Shown: piece after piece, positions 8,717 through 17,970 of the stretch
Layout of the letters: each line of letters opens with the position of its first letter
Position numbering within the stretch: the stretch's first letter is position 1
Source of the DNA: an uncultured bacterium
GTDB taxonomy: Bacteria > Patescibacteriota > Minisyncoccia > Moranbacterales > UBA2206
Length of the DNA: 59,129 nucleotides
Direction: 5' to 3'
Assembly: GCA_903831805.1 (NCBI GenBank)
Contig: CAIKZD010000016.1
Span: 1 to 59,129, forward strand
Position numbers and translations under genes: made by a program
Notes under the pieces: model-generated
Told to the model about the DNA's origin: nothing
Database searches by the model: none
Seen by the model: the letters and a program-made list of their open reading frames with translations, nothing else

Positions 8717-9529
8717 ATGCAACCAAAAAAATCCTTAGGTCAAAATTTTTTGCGAGATGAAAAAGTTTTGGACGAGATAATTGCAGCCGCTGACCTAACT
8801 GTGGACGATTTAGTTTTGGAGATTGGACCAGGGGAAGGAGTTTTAACAAAAGAACTATTGAAACTTGCAGGGAAAATAATTGCGATAGAAAAAGATGATA
8901 ATTTAGTTTTGCGATTGGAGGCACTCTTTCGCGGGAACGAAAAACTTGAAATTATTCATGCTGATATTATGGAAATAAATTTACCGGAGATCCTTCGACT
9001 ACGTCCGGGTACGGACTTCGCTCAGGATGACGAATTTAAATATAAACTTATTGCGAACATTCCGTATTATATCACTTCGCCAATTATTAGGCTTTTTCTG
9101 GAAACGAAATATCCTCCGCGGACAATGATTCTGATGGTACAAAAAGAAGTGGCGGAACGGATTTGTGCGAGCGCGGGGCAAATGAGCATTCTGGCGGTCA
9201 GCGTGCAATACTATGCTACGGCCAAAATATTATTCGAGGTAGATAGAAAATCTTTTTGGCCGGTGCCGGAAGTGGATAGTGCCATCATTAGAATAGTGCC
9301 TACGCGAAAAAATATTTTCAAAGAAGAAAGGAAAAACTTTTTCCGCCTAGTTAAGGCGGGCTTTAGCGCGAAAAGGAAAACCTTGTCCAATAATCTAGCT
9401 ACTAGTTTGCAATTAGACAAAAAAATAGTAGAAGAAAAACTTGCGCAAGCCGGTTTGCTTCCATCAGTAAGAGCGCAAGAATTGAGTGTGGAGAACTGGG
9501 AAAAACTGAGAAAGCTTTTTGAGCTTTAG
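8717..9529 (+). CDS. rsmA: 16S rRNA (adenine1518/1519-N6)-dimethyltransferase
   Basis: 270 aa with the KKSLGQNFL start motif, the SAM motif LEIGPGEG and NIPYYITSPI. Confidence 0.93.
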   Translation: MQPKKSLGQNFLRDEKVLDEIIAAADLTVDDLVLEIGPGEGVLTKELLKLAGKIIAIEKDDNLVLRLEALFRGNEKLEIIHADIMEINLPEILRLRPGTDFAQDDEFKYKLIANIPYYITSPIIRLFLETKYPPRTMILMVQKEVAERICASAGQMSILAVSVQYYATAKILFEVDRKSFWPVPEVDSAIIRIVPTRKNIFKEERKNFFRLVKAGFSAKRKTLSNNLATSLQLDKKIVEEKLAQAGLLPSVRAQELSVENWEKLRKLFEL

Positions 9530-9534
9530 GATTT

Positions 9535-9572
9535 TAGGACTTACACGTTTGTCTCAAATTCTTATAGCTCGT
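9535..9572. repeat. Solo left-arm copy of the 8547 element
   Basis: TAGGACTTACACGTTTGTCTCAAATTCTTATAGCTCGT is 33/38 identical to 8547-8584. No matching right arm follows. Confidence 0.7.
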
Positions 9573-9718
9573 ACATTGAGCGAACGGTCCGCTGATTACA
9601 GCGAACAGTCCGCTTTTTGCAAATAACTCGCGACTAGATTCCTGCTGGAGTTTATCCTCGTGTATACGGGGGCAGGAATGGCAATGATAGCACACTGATC
9701 GAAACAGTCCGCTTTTCT

Positions 9719-9741
9719 GAGACGCAGCAGTGCTGCGTCTC
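9719..9741. repeat. GAGACGCAGCA hairpin (GTAGAGACG family, copy 1)
   Basis: GAGACGCAGCA g TGCTGCGTCTC followed by TACAGTTTAGC, abutting the stop of the 9752..11377 gene. Confidence 0.8.
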
Positions 9742-9751
9742 TACAGTTTAG

Positions 9752-11377
9752 CTATAAGAAAGCTATCCAGACTAGGATAAAAAAGTAAATAGAAACTAAT
9801 CCAAGCACCCGGGCCGGCAAGTCTCGGGGTTTTATTTTTTGATTGTTTATCACGGCGAAAGTGGCCGCGCCGAAAAGCATGGCCCAAAAAAATAGCTTCA
9901 TTTCATTCAAGAAAAAAACAGATAAGGCGTAAGAAATAAATACGCTCGTGGCTACAATCAAGCGGCCTTTTTTCTCGCCGAAGATAACTGGGATGGTCCA
10001 GATACCGTCTTCTTTGTCGCCTGCGATATCCTTAAAATCCTTAATGGGTAAAGAAATTGTGTAAGCAATCAAAAGAAGCAGGATGATCCGCCAAGACAAG
10101 CCGGAGAGCGTTTGATTGTTTGATACCAAGATATAGCCGAGAAAAAGAATGACTAAAGAAGCGACTGCGCTGATGAGCGTGGCCAGGACGGGGAATTTTT
10201 TGATCCGATAGGGTGGGGCGGAATAAAACCAGGCCAAGATTTGATAAACCACGATTAGCATGGCGAAAGACAAACCGATAGTGAGTCCTCCCAAGAAGGC
10301 CAAAAAGAAACAGGCGGCGCCAAATTGAAAATATTCCGGCACTGTAAAAACATTTTGCGTGAGTGGCCGGTCCGGGTTGGAAATCCGGTCAATCTTAAAA
10401 TCATGGATGTCATTTATGACCACGGAAGCCATCCAGGAAAAAATAATACTGAGAAGTAGGATTATGATTGCTAGGAAAGTGAACAGGCTGAGATGAAAAT
10501 TATCCCGATATTGCAAGAAACCCAGACCGAGGCCGATGAAAAACATACCACCGTGGTAGACGATTTGCGGTAGGCGTAAATTTTTGAGGACGGCCATGAA
10601 TTTTTCCCGGCTAATGAACCGGAATAAAACCATCAAGGTAAAAACAAGGACAATAAAATAAATATAGTTCAATTTATACGCCAGCGTGTATTGAAAGCTG
10701 GGAAAAATTACACCAAGAATTTTCTCCGGCGAACCGAAGAAACCGGCGATATCAAAGCCATGTATTTCAGATATTTTTTTCGTGGGGGTGAAAAATGTGT
10801 ACGCGTAGTAGAAGAGCGAAGGAAAAGCTCCCATAAAAAAGAGCACGGAGTAGGTGGCTAGCGCGCCCAAAAGAGTCTTCCAAAAACTTTTGGTCATGAA
10901 CCAGAGGAAAATGGCGGCCAAAAAGACAACAGCCAGGAAAGTTATTTTCGTCCCGAAGTAGACGATACCTGAAGGCAGATGGCCAAAGACCGTCAGATAT
11001 TGTTGCCATAATTCGGGTGGGCTGCTTAAAAGATAGAAACTCCAATAGATTTGGCCATGCGTTTTGACTATATCAATGAGGGGCGGAGTGATGGCCAGAA
11101 AGAGGGAAAAAATCAAAGCATAAGACAATTTTTGCGGTTTGATTTTTAGGATCAGACTAAGGAGTAGCCATAGGAGGAGAATGGTCAAGGAGAAGAAATA
11201 GAAATTATGGATGAATTCCAAAACAGTTTCCAAGAGTGTGATCGATTTCGTCACGGCGATGAATTGTTCGACGAAAGAGCGCAAAAACATCACGCCTAAA
11301 AAAGTCAGCAGCCAGGTCATGGCGCTCACTCTTTTTTCCAGTAAATCACGCAGCATTTTCTCAATTTTTTTCATCAT
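9752..11377 (-). CDS. UbiA-family prenyltransferase fused to a large N-terminal polytopic membrane domain
   Basis: 541 aa, highly hydrophobic. The C-terminal half carries UbiA Asp-rich motifs NDIHDFKIDRISNPDRPL and KDFKDIAGDKEDG. Confidence 0.75.
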   Translation of the reverse strand: MMKKIEKMLRDLLEKRVSAMTWLLTFLGVMFLRSFVEQFIAVTKSITLLETVLEFIHNFYFFSLTILLLWLLLSLILKIKPQKLSYALIFSLFLAITPPLIDIVKTHGQIYWSFYLLSSPPELWQQYLTVFGHLPSGIVYFGTKITFLAVVFLAAIFLWFMTKSFWKTLLGALATYSVLFFMGAFPSLFYYAYTFFTPTKKISEIHGFDIAGFFGSPEKILGVIFPSFQYTLAYKLNYIYFIVLVFTLMVLFRFISREKFMAVLKNLRLPQIVYHGGMFFIGLGLGFLQYRDNFHLSLFTFLAIIILLLSIIFSWMASVVINDIHDFKIDRISNPDRPLTQNVFTVPEYFQFGAACFFLAFLGGLTIGLSFAMLIVVYQILAWFYSAPPYRIKKFPVLATLISAVASLVILFLGYILVSNNQTLSGLSWRIILLLLIAYTISLPIKDFKDIAGDKEDGIWTIPVIFGEKKGRLIVATSVFISYALSVFFLNEMKLFFWAMLFGAATFAVINNQKIKPRDLPARVLGLVSIYFFILVWIAFL

Positions 11378-11388
11378 AATCTGGGGTT

Positions 11389-11417
11389 GTAGAGACGAGG
11401 CATTGCCTCGTCTCTAC
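11389..11417. repeat. GTAGAGACG hairpin (copy 2, compensatory variant)
   Basis: GTAGAGACGAGG cattg CCTCGTCTCTAC followed by AATTTAGC, 12 nt upstream of the 9752..11377 gene start. Confidence 0.8.
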
Positions 11418-11485
11418 AATTTAGCAGGGCTAACCTTTTTAGGCAAATATTATCCACATCCTCCCTGTCGAGATTCGGTTAGTTG

Positions 11486-11494
11486 TGGTATAAT
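11486..11494 (+). promoter_or_regulatory. Candidate extended -10 promoter for the T4SS-like operon
   Basis: TGgTATAAT at 11486-11494, ~50 nt upstream of the ATG at 11543. The -35 match is weak. Confidence 0.35.
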
Positions 11495-11542
11495 TTTGAG
11501 TAGAATAATATGCAAGATATTTTCAGATTTAGAAAAGCTTAA

Positions 11543-12745
11543 ATGAAATTGCGCAATATAAATTTAGCGACCTTGATTCTTCTGGCACTGCTCTTTTCAA
11601 GCTTGGCTTTTTTTGTGAGTGCGCAGGAAAATGCATCCACCACGAACAATGTTTTTTTAGATTCCGATCAAGACGGTCTGACTGACACGGAAGAAAAGTT
11701 GTATGGCACGGATCCGCACAATGCAGACACTGACGGCGATGGCTATTCGGACGGAGCCGAGGTAAAGGCTGGCTATGATCCTTTGAAAAAAGCCCCGAAT
11801 GATCGGCCGGTTGCGCCGGTAAGTAATCCGACAAGTCAATCTGCTACCTCACAAGCCACTGTAGCCAGCACGGACAGCGCGCCAGCGGACACTTCCGGGA
11901 ACCTGACCAAACAGGTAGCGCAAAAAATTTCCAGCCTGACCAGTCAGGTGGACCCGAACAACCCACAAACTTCGATGGATGAAATTCAGAAAATCGTGAC
12001 GGATTCCTTGGGGGTGCAGGATAAGCCCGTTGCGTTACCGGAAATAGACCCGGCCACAATCCACATCAAAAAACAGGACTATAAAGAAAGCCAGAAAAAG
12101 GAATTGATGAAAGAAGATTTTTCCAATTATATCGCCAAGGTTTTTTATATTTTTGCCAGTAATTCACCGACTCCCATCACCTCGGCCTCCGATATGACTT
12201 CCACTATGATGAAAACCGCAGAACAGCTCATTGCGGCCATTTCCACACAAAATCCCGCCGCGATGGAAGGTATTAGTAAAAGTGGTGCGACCATCCTTGG
12301 TCAATTGAAAGAGGTGGAAGTGCCGGCTGACTTGGTCGATTTGCACATTAAGGCTTTGCAATATGCTATGTATGCCCAAGGTTTGAAAGATTTGATCAAA
12401 CCAAACGCAGAAGATCCATTGTCAACCGTGGTGAATTTTTCCCAAATCGGATCTTTCATCCAGAGTCTCTCCAGTTTTTTCAATGATGCGCAAACTAAGA
12501 TGGCGCAGTATGATGTCAGTTATGAAGACATTCAAGCGAAAATGAAAGGCTTTGGCGTGGAATTGCCGGCTTTAACCGACATCAGCGGTGTGGCCAATGC
12601 CATCTCTGCAGTTTCGTCAGACTCATCGACCGCTACGACTTCTGCAACCCCTGCAACCCCTGCAACCATCACAACTCCTGCTACAACCACGGACTCCAGT
12701 CAGGGGAATATAACTGATTTTTCAACGGGAAATGTCACACCATAA
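11543..12745 (+). CDS. Secreted protein with thrombospondin type-3-like Ca-binding repeats
   Basis: 400 aa with a signal peptide (LALLFSSLAFFVSAQEN), the repeat DSDQDGLTDTEEKLYGTDPHNADTDGDGYSDGAEV and a Thr/Pro-rich C-terminus. Confidence 0.7.
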   Translation: MKLRNINLATLILLALLFSSLAFFVSAQENASTTNNVFLDSDQDGLTDTEEKLYGTDPHNADTDGDGYSDGAEVKAGYDPLKKAPNDRPVAPVSNPTSQSATSQATVASTDSAPADTSGNLTKQVAQKISSLTSQVDPNNPQTSMDEIQKIVTDSLGVQDKPVALPEIDPATIHIKKQDYKESQKKELMKEDFSNYIAKVFYIFASNSPTPITSASDMTSTMMKTAEQLIAAISTQNPAAMEGISKSGATILGQLKEVEVPADLVDLHIKALQYAMYAQGLKDLIKPNAEDPLSTVVNFSQIGSFIQSLSSFFNDAQTKMAQYDVSYEDIQAKMKGFGVELPALTDISGVANAISAVSSDSSTATTSATPATPATITTPATTTDSSQGNITDFSTGNVTP

Positions 12746-13691
12746 AAATAATTCAGGCAAAAAAAGCCAGATAATCTGCACCGCTCTTCTGGTGGCGTGT
12801 TTGTTTTTTGCTTACCCCCAAAAATCTGAGGCGGCTCTCTGGCCGGGCATCGATCCTGAAATAACCCGGGTGTTGGATACCGTGTATGACATGATTCAAG
12901 GGATGATTATGGGAGCGCTGAAGCAAGCCGCGGTGAAAATGATCAATAGCCAGGTGGACGGCATGATGAGCGGTCAAGGGATGTCAGGCGGAGCGGCTTT
13001 CATCACGGATTGGAAAGATTATTTAATCGATCAACCCAAAGACGATGCTAAACTCTACATGAACAGCTATTTGTCAAAAATGACTTCCGGCGCGGGTTCA
13101 TCTGTCATGGGTTATGTGGCAGAAGGTTTTTCCCAGGAAGGAGGCAGTTATGCTCACACGCTGACCCAAGCGGTCAAGGATAATCTTGAATTCGGAGATG
13201 CGCCGATAGCTTTTTCATACGAAGGCGATCCTGCCGCAATGTTTGACGGGAAAGATTTCAAGATGCTGGAGCTGTACACTTCCGGAGTGAACAATCCATG
13301 GAGCTTCGAGATGGAGGCGGAATATGCTTATGACAAAAAGTTAGCTGAAGAAGAAGCTGTCACCCAAGCCCGCGCCGTGGCCTATCAAGGCTTCACAGGC
13401 ACAGAAAGCGGAGGGGACGGAACCGTCACTTTTCCCGGTATCTTGACCAAAGAAATTGCGGCTAACGTCGAAGATCTGCCCAACAAGGTCATTGCGGCGG
13501 CCAAAAGCATTCCGGAAGTCATTACTTCCATTGTTTCCCAGATGATCACCAAAAAGATCCAGCAAGGTTTCAGCGGAGTGCAGAAAAAAGCTCAAAGTAA
13601 AAGCAGTACTCAATATAAATTCAGTACCAGCACAAACAAGGCTATGGACACATTGGGTCCTGGCGCGCGGTTCAATCCTCTCGGTCAGTAG
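12732..13691 (+). CDS. Secreted or membrane-anchored hypothetical protein
   Basis: 319 aa with an N-terminal signal/anchor (ICTALLVACLFFAYPQKSEA). It overlaps the upstream stop by 14 nt. No family recognised. Confidence 0.65.
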   Translation: MSHHKNNSGKKSQIICTALLVACLFFAYPQKSEAALWPGIDPEITRVLDTVYDMIQGMIMGALKQAAVKMINSQVDGMMSGQGMSGGAAFITDWKDYLIDQPKDDAKLYMNSYLSKMTSGAGSSVMGYVAEGFSQEGGSYAHTLTQAVKDNLEFGDAPIAFSYEGDPAAMFDGKDFKMLELYTSGVNNPWSFEMEAEYAYDKKLAEEEAVTQARAVAYQGFTGTESGGDGTVTFPGILTKEIAANVEDLPNKVIAAAKSIPEVITSIVSQMITKKIQQGFSGVQKKAQSKSSTQYKFSTSTNKAMDTLGPGARFNPLGQ

Positions 13692-13710
13692 AAAAATTTT
13701 TCCCATTTTC

Positions 13711-15891
13711 ATGACACCTAAAAAAACAAACAAACAAAAATTTTTATTCACTATCCTTTTCTTCCTGCTTATCACAGGCAGTTTTGGGTTGGGGAGAATA
13801 GATAAAGTTCATGCTGCTGGTGAGAACCTAGGTGAAGCAGGAGCGATATCAGCCGATGATATTGAGTTTGTTAAAAAAGCTAACGCAGAAAACGCTAAGA
13901 GTAAAAATGATGATGTTTGTCCTGGAGTTAGTCTGTTTGAACCCAAGACAATATTTAATTGCTTTCTCCTGATTGTGCTGCGCTTTTTGGGGATGATTTT
14001 GGAAGCTGCAGCCGCTCTTTTCAATTGGGTCATAAATCCGGAAAATATGAAGGCGGTCATTGACAATAAAGTCATTTATGAAACTTGGGCCATGGTGCGT
14101 GACACTTTGAACATTGCTTTTATCTTAGTGCTACTTTTCTCGGCGTTTGCCACGGTTTTTCAGGTGGACAAATATAGTTATAAAAGTCTGCTTAAGACGT
14201 TGATAATCATGGCGCTTTTGGTCAATTTCAGCTATCCCATTTCGCGCTTCATTATCGATTTTTCCAATTCATTGATGTACTATTTCATTAATAATCTCGG
14301 AATGGGCGACATAACTTCTTTTTCTTCTAAGATTGCCAAAGATTCCGCCTTAGGACAAATAATTGCTCCAAAAGGTGGCGCGGCATCTGACACATCCTTT
14401 CTTTTGGCCTCAGTCATTTTTGTGTGGATCTTCGCCGTCACCATTCTCATTATCGCCGGGCTTTTTCTGATCAGAATAGTGGCTTTGGCCATTCTCATTA
14501 TTTTTTCTTCTTTGGCTTTCACTGGGTCCATTGTGCCTTTTCTCTCAGGCTGGTCCGGCAAGTGGTGGGACAATCTTTTCAAGTATGCTTTTTTTGGACC
14601 GGTGATGGTGTTTATGCTGAACGTGGCTATGAAGATGATGAGCAGTATCAATGCCTCTAGTTTTGGAAAAATGGCAGAGATTGCCGGCAAGCAATCTTCC
14701 AATCCCAGTGTGATAGCCGCCATGGCTTTTTTCGCAATCCCCATTATCATTTTGTGGGCCGGTATTATGTTCGCGCAAAATATGAGCTTAATAGGAGCCG
14801 ACGCGGTGATTGGGCGAGGGAAGAAATTTATGAAATGGGCGCCGAGTGCGGTTGGCGCAGGCACTTGGGGGGCAACAAAGTGGGGAGCTAAGCAAACTGG
14901 TATTCCGGGAGGCTTGTCCCAAAAATGGGACAATTACAAAAAAACCGGGCCATTTTTTGGAAGTAACAAAAGAGAAGAACGCGAAGCTCGCATGGCAGGC
15001 AAAGGACCCTTTGCTGTTCCGCATGCCACTGATCAAGCGGATGCTAAAAGAATCAAGGAGGCCAAAGAAGCGCATGATATGGAGCATATGCTTACTGGCG
15101 ACCTGCAAAACATGAAAAAAACTGGTAACAAATTTGAACAAGCGGCTGCTATTCAGGAACTAGCTTCTAAGAATCAGGCTAAACGAGAAGATCTGGATCA
15201 AATAAGAGCAGCATTTGGAGATAAGAATGGTAAAGGTGGTGAGAATAGTCAAACCTTTAAGGCGCTGGTAGATAAAGTCAAAACATATGATCCAACCGCG
15301 GCTTTTTCTCACATCACAAATGAGGATGAAAGAAAGGAACATAAGAAAGACTTTATGAACAGCAGCCAGTTTGATGTTAAGAAGCTCAACGCAAATTCCC
15401 TTGGTGATGATGAACTCATGGAAATAATGTTTGCTGAGAATGCTATCTCCACTAAAGATATTATGGATATAAGTAAGGGCAGCCCAGGCAAGAAAACCGC
15501 CATGAATGGAGTGCTAAAAAACCTCGCGGCGAAAAATATTGCAATGACTGAAAATAATAAAAAAATTCACGCAGCTAATTTTGCGCAAACAGGAGAAATT
15601 GCAAATGACGATTTTGCTGAAGATATATTTTCCAATGCAAACGCCGATACGATAGCCAATATAAAAGATGACACTGCTGCCAAGTATGCTTATTTTCTGG
15701 CTCGTTTCGGAAAAAATAACTATAAAAAGACATTGGAAGGCATTAAGAGTGATACGGCAAGAAGAGCTATCAACGAAGCAACTTTGGATATTGACAAGAT
15801 CTTGCCGCATTTATCTCCTGAAGAAGCTGTGCGCGCAAATTCAGCCCAAAAAATGGCACAATCCGATCCTAGGTTGATGAATATGAGATAA
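13711..15891 (+). CDS. VirB6/TrbL-like polytopic membrane protein with ~330-aa hydrophilic C-terminal domain
   Basis: 726 aa with a signal-like N-terminus, then at least six hydrophobic spans (residues ~90-370). The tail is Lys/Glu/Ala-rich. Assignment rests on topology and on operon context with VirB4/PrgI. Confidence 0.55.
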   Translation: MTPKKTNKQKFLFTILFFLLITGSFGLGRIDKVHAAGENLGEAGAISADDIEFVKKANAENAKSKNDDVCPGVSLFEPKTIFNCFLLIVLRFLGMILEAAAALFNWVINPENMKAVIDNKVIYETWAMVRDTLNIAFILVLLFSAFATVFQVDKYSYKSLLKTLIIMALLVNFSYPISRFIIDFSNSLMYYFINNLGMGDITSFSSKIAKDSALGQIIAPKGGAASDTSFLLASVIFVWIFAVTILIIAGLFLIRIVALAILIIFSSLAFTGSIVPFLSGWSGKWWDNLFKYAFFGPVMVFMLNVAMKMMSSINASSFGKMAEIAGKQSSNPSVIAAMAFFAIPIIILWAGIMFAQNMSLIGADAVIGRGKKFMKWAPSAVGAGTWGATKWGAKQTGIPGGLSQKWDNYKKTGPFFGSNKREEREARMAGKGPFAVPHATDQADAKRIKEAKEAHDMEHMLTGDLQNMKKTGNKFEQAAAIQELASKNQAKREDLDQIRAAFGDKNGKGGENSQTFKALVDKVKTYDPTAAFSHITNEDERKEHKKDFMNSSQFDVKKLNANSLGDDELMEIMFAENAISTKDIMDISKGSPGKKTAMNGVLKNLAAKNIAMTENNKKIHAANFAQTGEIANDDFAEDIFSNANADTIANIKDDTAAKYAYFLARFGKNNYKKTLEGIKSDTARRAINEATLDIDKILPHLSPEEAVRANSAQKMAQSDPRLMNMR

Positions 15892-15898
15892 AACAATT

Positions 15899-17410
15899 AT
15901 GGATTTTTTAGCAAAACAACGGTCTCTTCCCGAACCGGTAAATACATTTTTCAGTTCAGATAATCCACGCTTAGAGCTGGAACGGTCTTGTTTTATGTAT
16001 GGAGTGCGAGATGAAAAAATTAAAAACATTTCCGGCCCAGTCGGTTTGATTTTTGTGGATGACGTCAAATTGGAAGATTTGCCAAAAATAATTTCAGAAA
16101 AATTGCAGTTGGACAAAAATATGGCCAATGGTTTAGCTTATGAGATAAACAAAAGAATTTTCAAGCCCTTCTTGGAGCACTTTACTGATGCTCAGAAACT
16201 ACTTGATGAATGGAGCAAGCAAAAAGCAGAGCCGATCATATCTGAAGACGCCGCTTGGCAAAAAGTGTTGGAGATTGAGCCGTGGATTTTGGAAGAACAA
16301 ATGGAAGAAAAAAAAGCGCAAAGACAAGTCGTGCAAAACCTGGATGAAGCTCAAACTAAGCTGGAAAAAATGACTTTAACTGCAGCTCTCCAAAAATATC
16401 CGGAAATCAATGAACAGTTGATCACGAGTAGCCGCATCAACATCAAAAGTTTTTCCGAGCCGGCCCGACCGAATGTCAAAAACTGGTTGTCTGATTACAC
16501 TTTCACCATGGGCTTTGACGCGCATGACAGCGCGGCGCGCGGGATTTATCTTTTTCGTAATGAAAATACTAAAATTCTGAATCAAGTGGATAAAGACAAA
16601 TTGAATTATCTTTTGCGTGCCTATGACACTGCCATGCCGGTGGAAATCAACTTGACCTTGAAACAAATTATTTTCCCGCCGCGCTTCGACTCGCCTCAAT
16701 TCGACAAGACGCCTCGCCAAAGCGAGGCAGGACCGCGCGTGACAAGAGGGAACGCATCCGCCTTCACTAGAGTTACGGCGGACAAGAAAGCTATAGTGAT
16801 CAAGCCCTCCCTCGTTAAAGCTATGGCGGGCGAAGCGGGCGAAGAAGAAAAAAAGGAGGAAGAGCCGGAGGACATTTTTGCCAAACTCCCGACTTTTTTG
16901 CAAAAAACTTTTTGGAAATCTTCCGCCCCAAAAAAAGTTTCCGCGCCGTTGTCTTCTCCGCCGGAAAAAGCGCTGCCTGGAAATTTACCACCTAGTGAAA
17001 AGACTGCTCCAAAATTGAGGATTGGCGGTACATTTACCATTTCTCGCGCGTCGTCATCTCAACCGCTAAAACCTAAGGCAGAAATGGAAAAACCACTTAC
17101 GCACGAGACCATTTTGCCATCCGCGCGGAATATGGCGCCAAAAACCGATAGTCTTAAAATAAATGTGCCGGTTAATCTGCCCACCGTTCCGCCTAAAACT
17201 CCCACTTCCTTAGGAAAAGTGACTGTTCCGGCGGCCGCGCTTGTCTCTAAACCCAAAATTGAATTCACGTCTCCACAAAAACTGCCATTCGAAAAACAAC
17301 TTGCAGCACCTGAAGCAGAAAAAGAAGTAGGGCCGCAGCCAATAAAAATAACTCCGATAAATTTTCACCGAGACTTGCCGTCTAAAAATATCGTTGACCT
17401 CAAAAAATAA
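15899..17410 (+). CDS. Hypothetical protein with Pro/Lys-rich C-terminal half
   Basis: 503 aa with no clear TM segment. The C-terminal ~200 aa are rich in P, K and short PxK-type repeats. It starts 7 nt after the upstream stop. Confidence 0.6.
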   Translation: MDFLAKQRSLPEPVNTFFSSDNPRLELERSCFMYGVRDEKIKNISGPVGLIFVDDVKLEDLPKIISEKLQLDKNMANGLAYEINKRIFKPFLEHFTDAQKLLDEWSKQKAEPIISEDAAWQKVLEIEPWILEEQMEEKKAQRQVVQNLDEAQTKLEKMTLTAALQKYPEINEQLITSSRINIKSFSEPARPNVKNWLSDYTFTMGFDAHDSAARGIYLFRNENTKILNQVDKDKLNYLLRAYDTAMPVEINLTLKQIIFPPRFDSPQFDKTPRQSEAGPRVTRGNASAFTRVTADKKAIVIKPSLVKAMAGEAGEEEKKEEEPEDIFAKLPTFLQKTFWKSSAPKKVSAPLSSPPEKALPGNLPPSEKTAPKLRIGGTFTISRASSSQPLKPKAEMEKPLTHETILPSARNMAPKTDSLKINVPVNLPTVPPKTPTSLGKVTVPAAALVSKPKIEFTSPQKLPFEKQLAAPEAEKEVGPQPIKITPINFHRDLPSKNIVDLKK

Positions 17411-17421
17411 AAAAACATTCC

Positions 17422-17817
17422 ATGATTTCCAATGTCCCACAATTCATCGACACCGAAGACAAAATCGTCGGCCCGCTCACAGCCAAACAACTCGGCTGGC
17501 TGGCTATCGGCGGAGTGCTTTTCCTTATCAGTTGGAATATGCTCGATACTTCCGCGGCTATTGCCGCCGCCATTATCATTGGGGGCATTTTTGGGTCGTT
17601 GGCATTTTACCGTCCCTACAATCAGTCCCTCTTGAAATTTATCATTTCCTCCGTTTCTTTTGTTTTTAATCCCAAGATGTATATTTGGAAAAGAAACTAT
17701 GCTAATATAAAGATAGTGGCTAAAGCGAAAACCAAAGCGCCGGAAGTTACTATCATCCGAAAAACTGTCAGTGAAAAGAAAATCGCCGATATTTCAAAAA
17801 TGTTGGATCAAAAATAG
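17422..17817 (+). CDS. PrgI-family (VirB3-like) small membrane protein
   Basis: 131 aa. The N-terminus VPQFIDTEDKIVGPLTAKQLGWLAIGG followed by two hydrophobic spans matches the PrgI-family signature. Confidence 0.75.
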   Translation: MISNVPQFIDTEDKIVGPLTAKQLGWLAIGGVLFLISWNMLDTSAAIAAAIIIGGIFGSLAFYRPYNQSLLKFIISSVSFVFNPKMYIWKRNYANIKIVAKAKTKAPEVTIIRKTVSEKKIADISKMLDQK

Positions 17818-17828
17818 GATTTAGACCA

Positions 17829-17932
17829 AATTAACTTAATCAAGAGTGCTTTCTCCGCAGAGGCTTCACCTCAACGGAGCTTATGCCTAGTAGAGGTGAA
17901 GCCTCGGCAATGTACAGCACTTTAAGTTAATT
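17829..17932. repeat. Compound hairpin element inside the operon
   Basis: Inner perfect 13-bp stem GAGGCTTCACCTC (17860-17872) / GAGGTGAAGCCTC (17893-17905). Outer arms are AATTAACTTAA...AGTGCT and AGCACTTTAAGTTAATT. Confidence 0.8.
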
Positions 17933-17970
17933 CAATATAAAAAATAAGACAGATTTTTGTAATTTTAATT

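Noticed and set aside
9530-11420. CRISPR array, suggested by repeated GC-rich hairpins.
   Set aside because: The copies are kilobases apart and are palindromic stems rather than regularly spaced direct repeats with unique spacers. No cas genes are present.
11211-11546. A 111-aa plus-strand ORF spanning the 5' end of the UbiA-like gene and the intergenic hairpin.
   Set aside because: It is antisense to a strongly hydrophobic, motif-bearing CDS and reads through a repeat element. There is no supporting start context.
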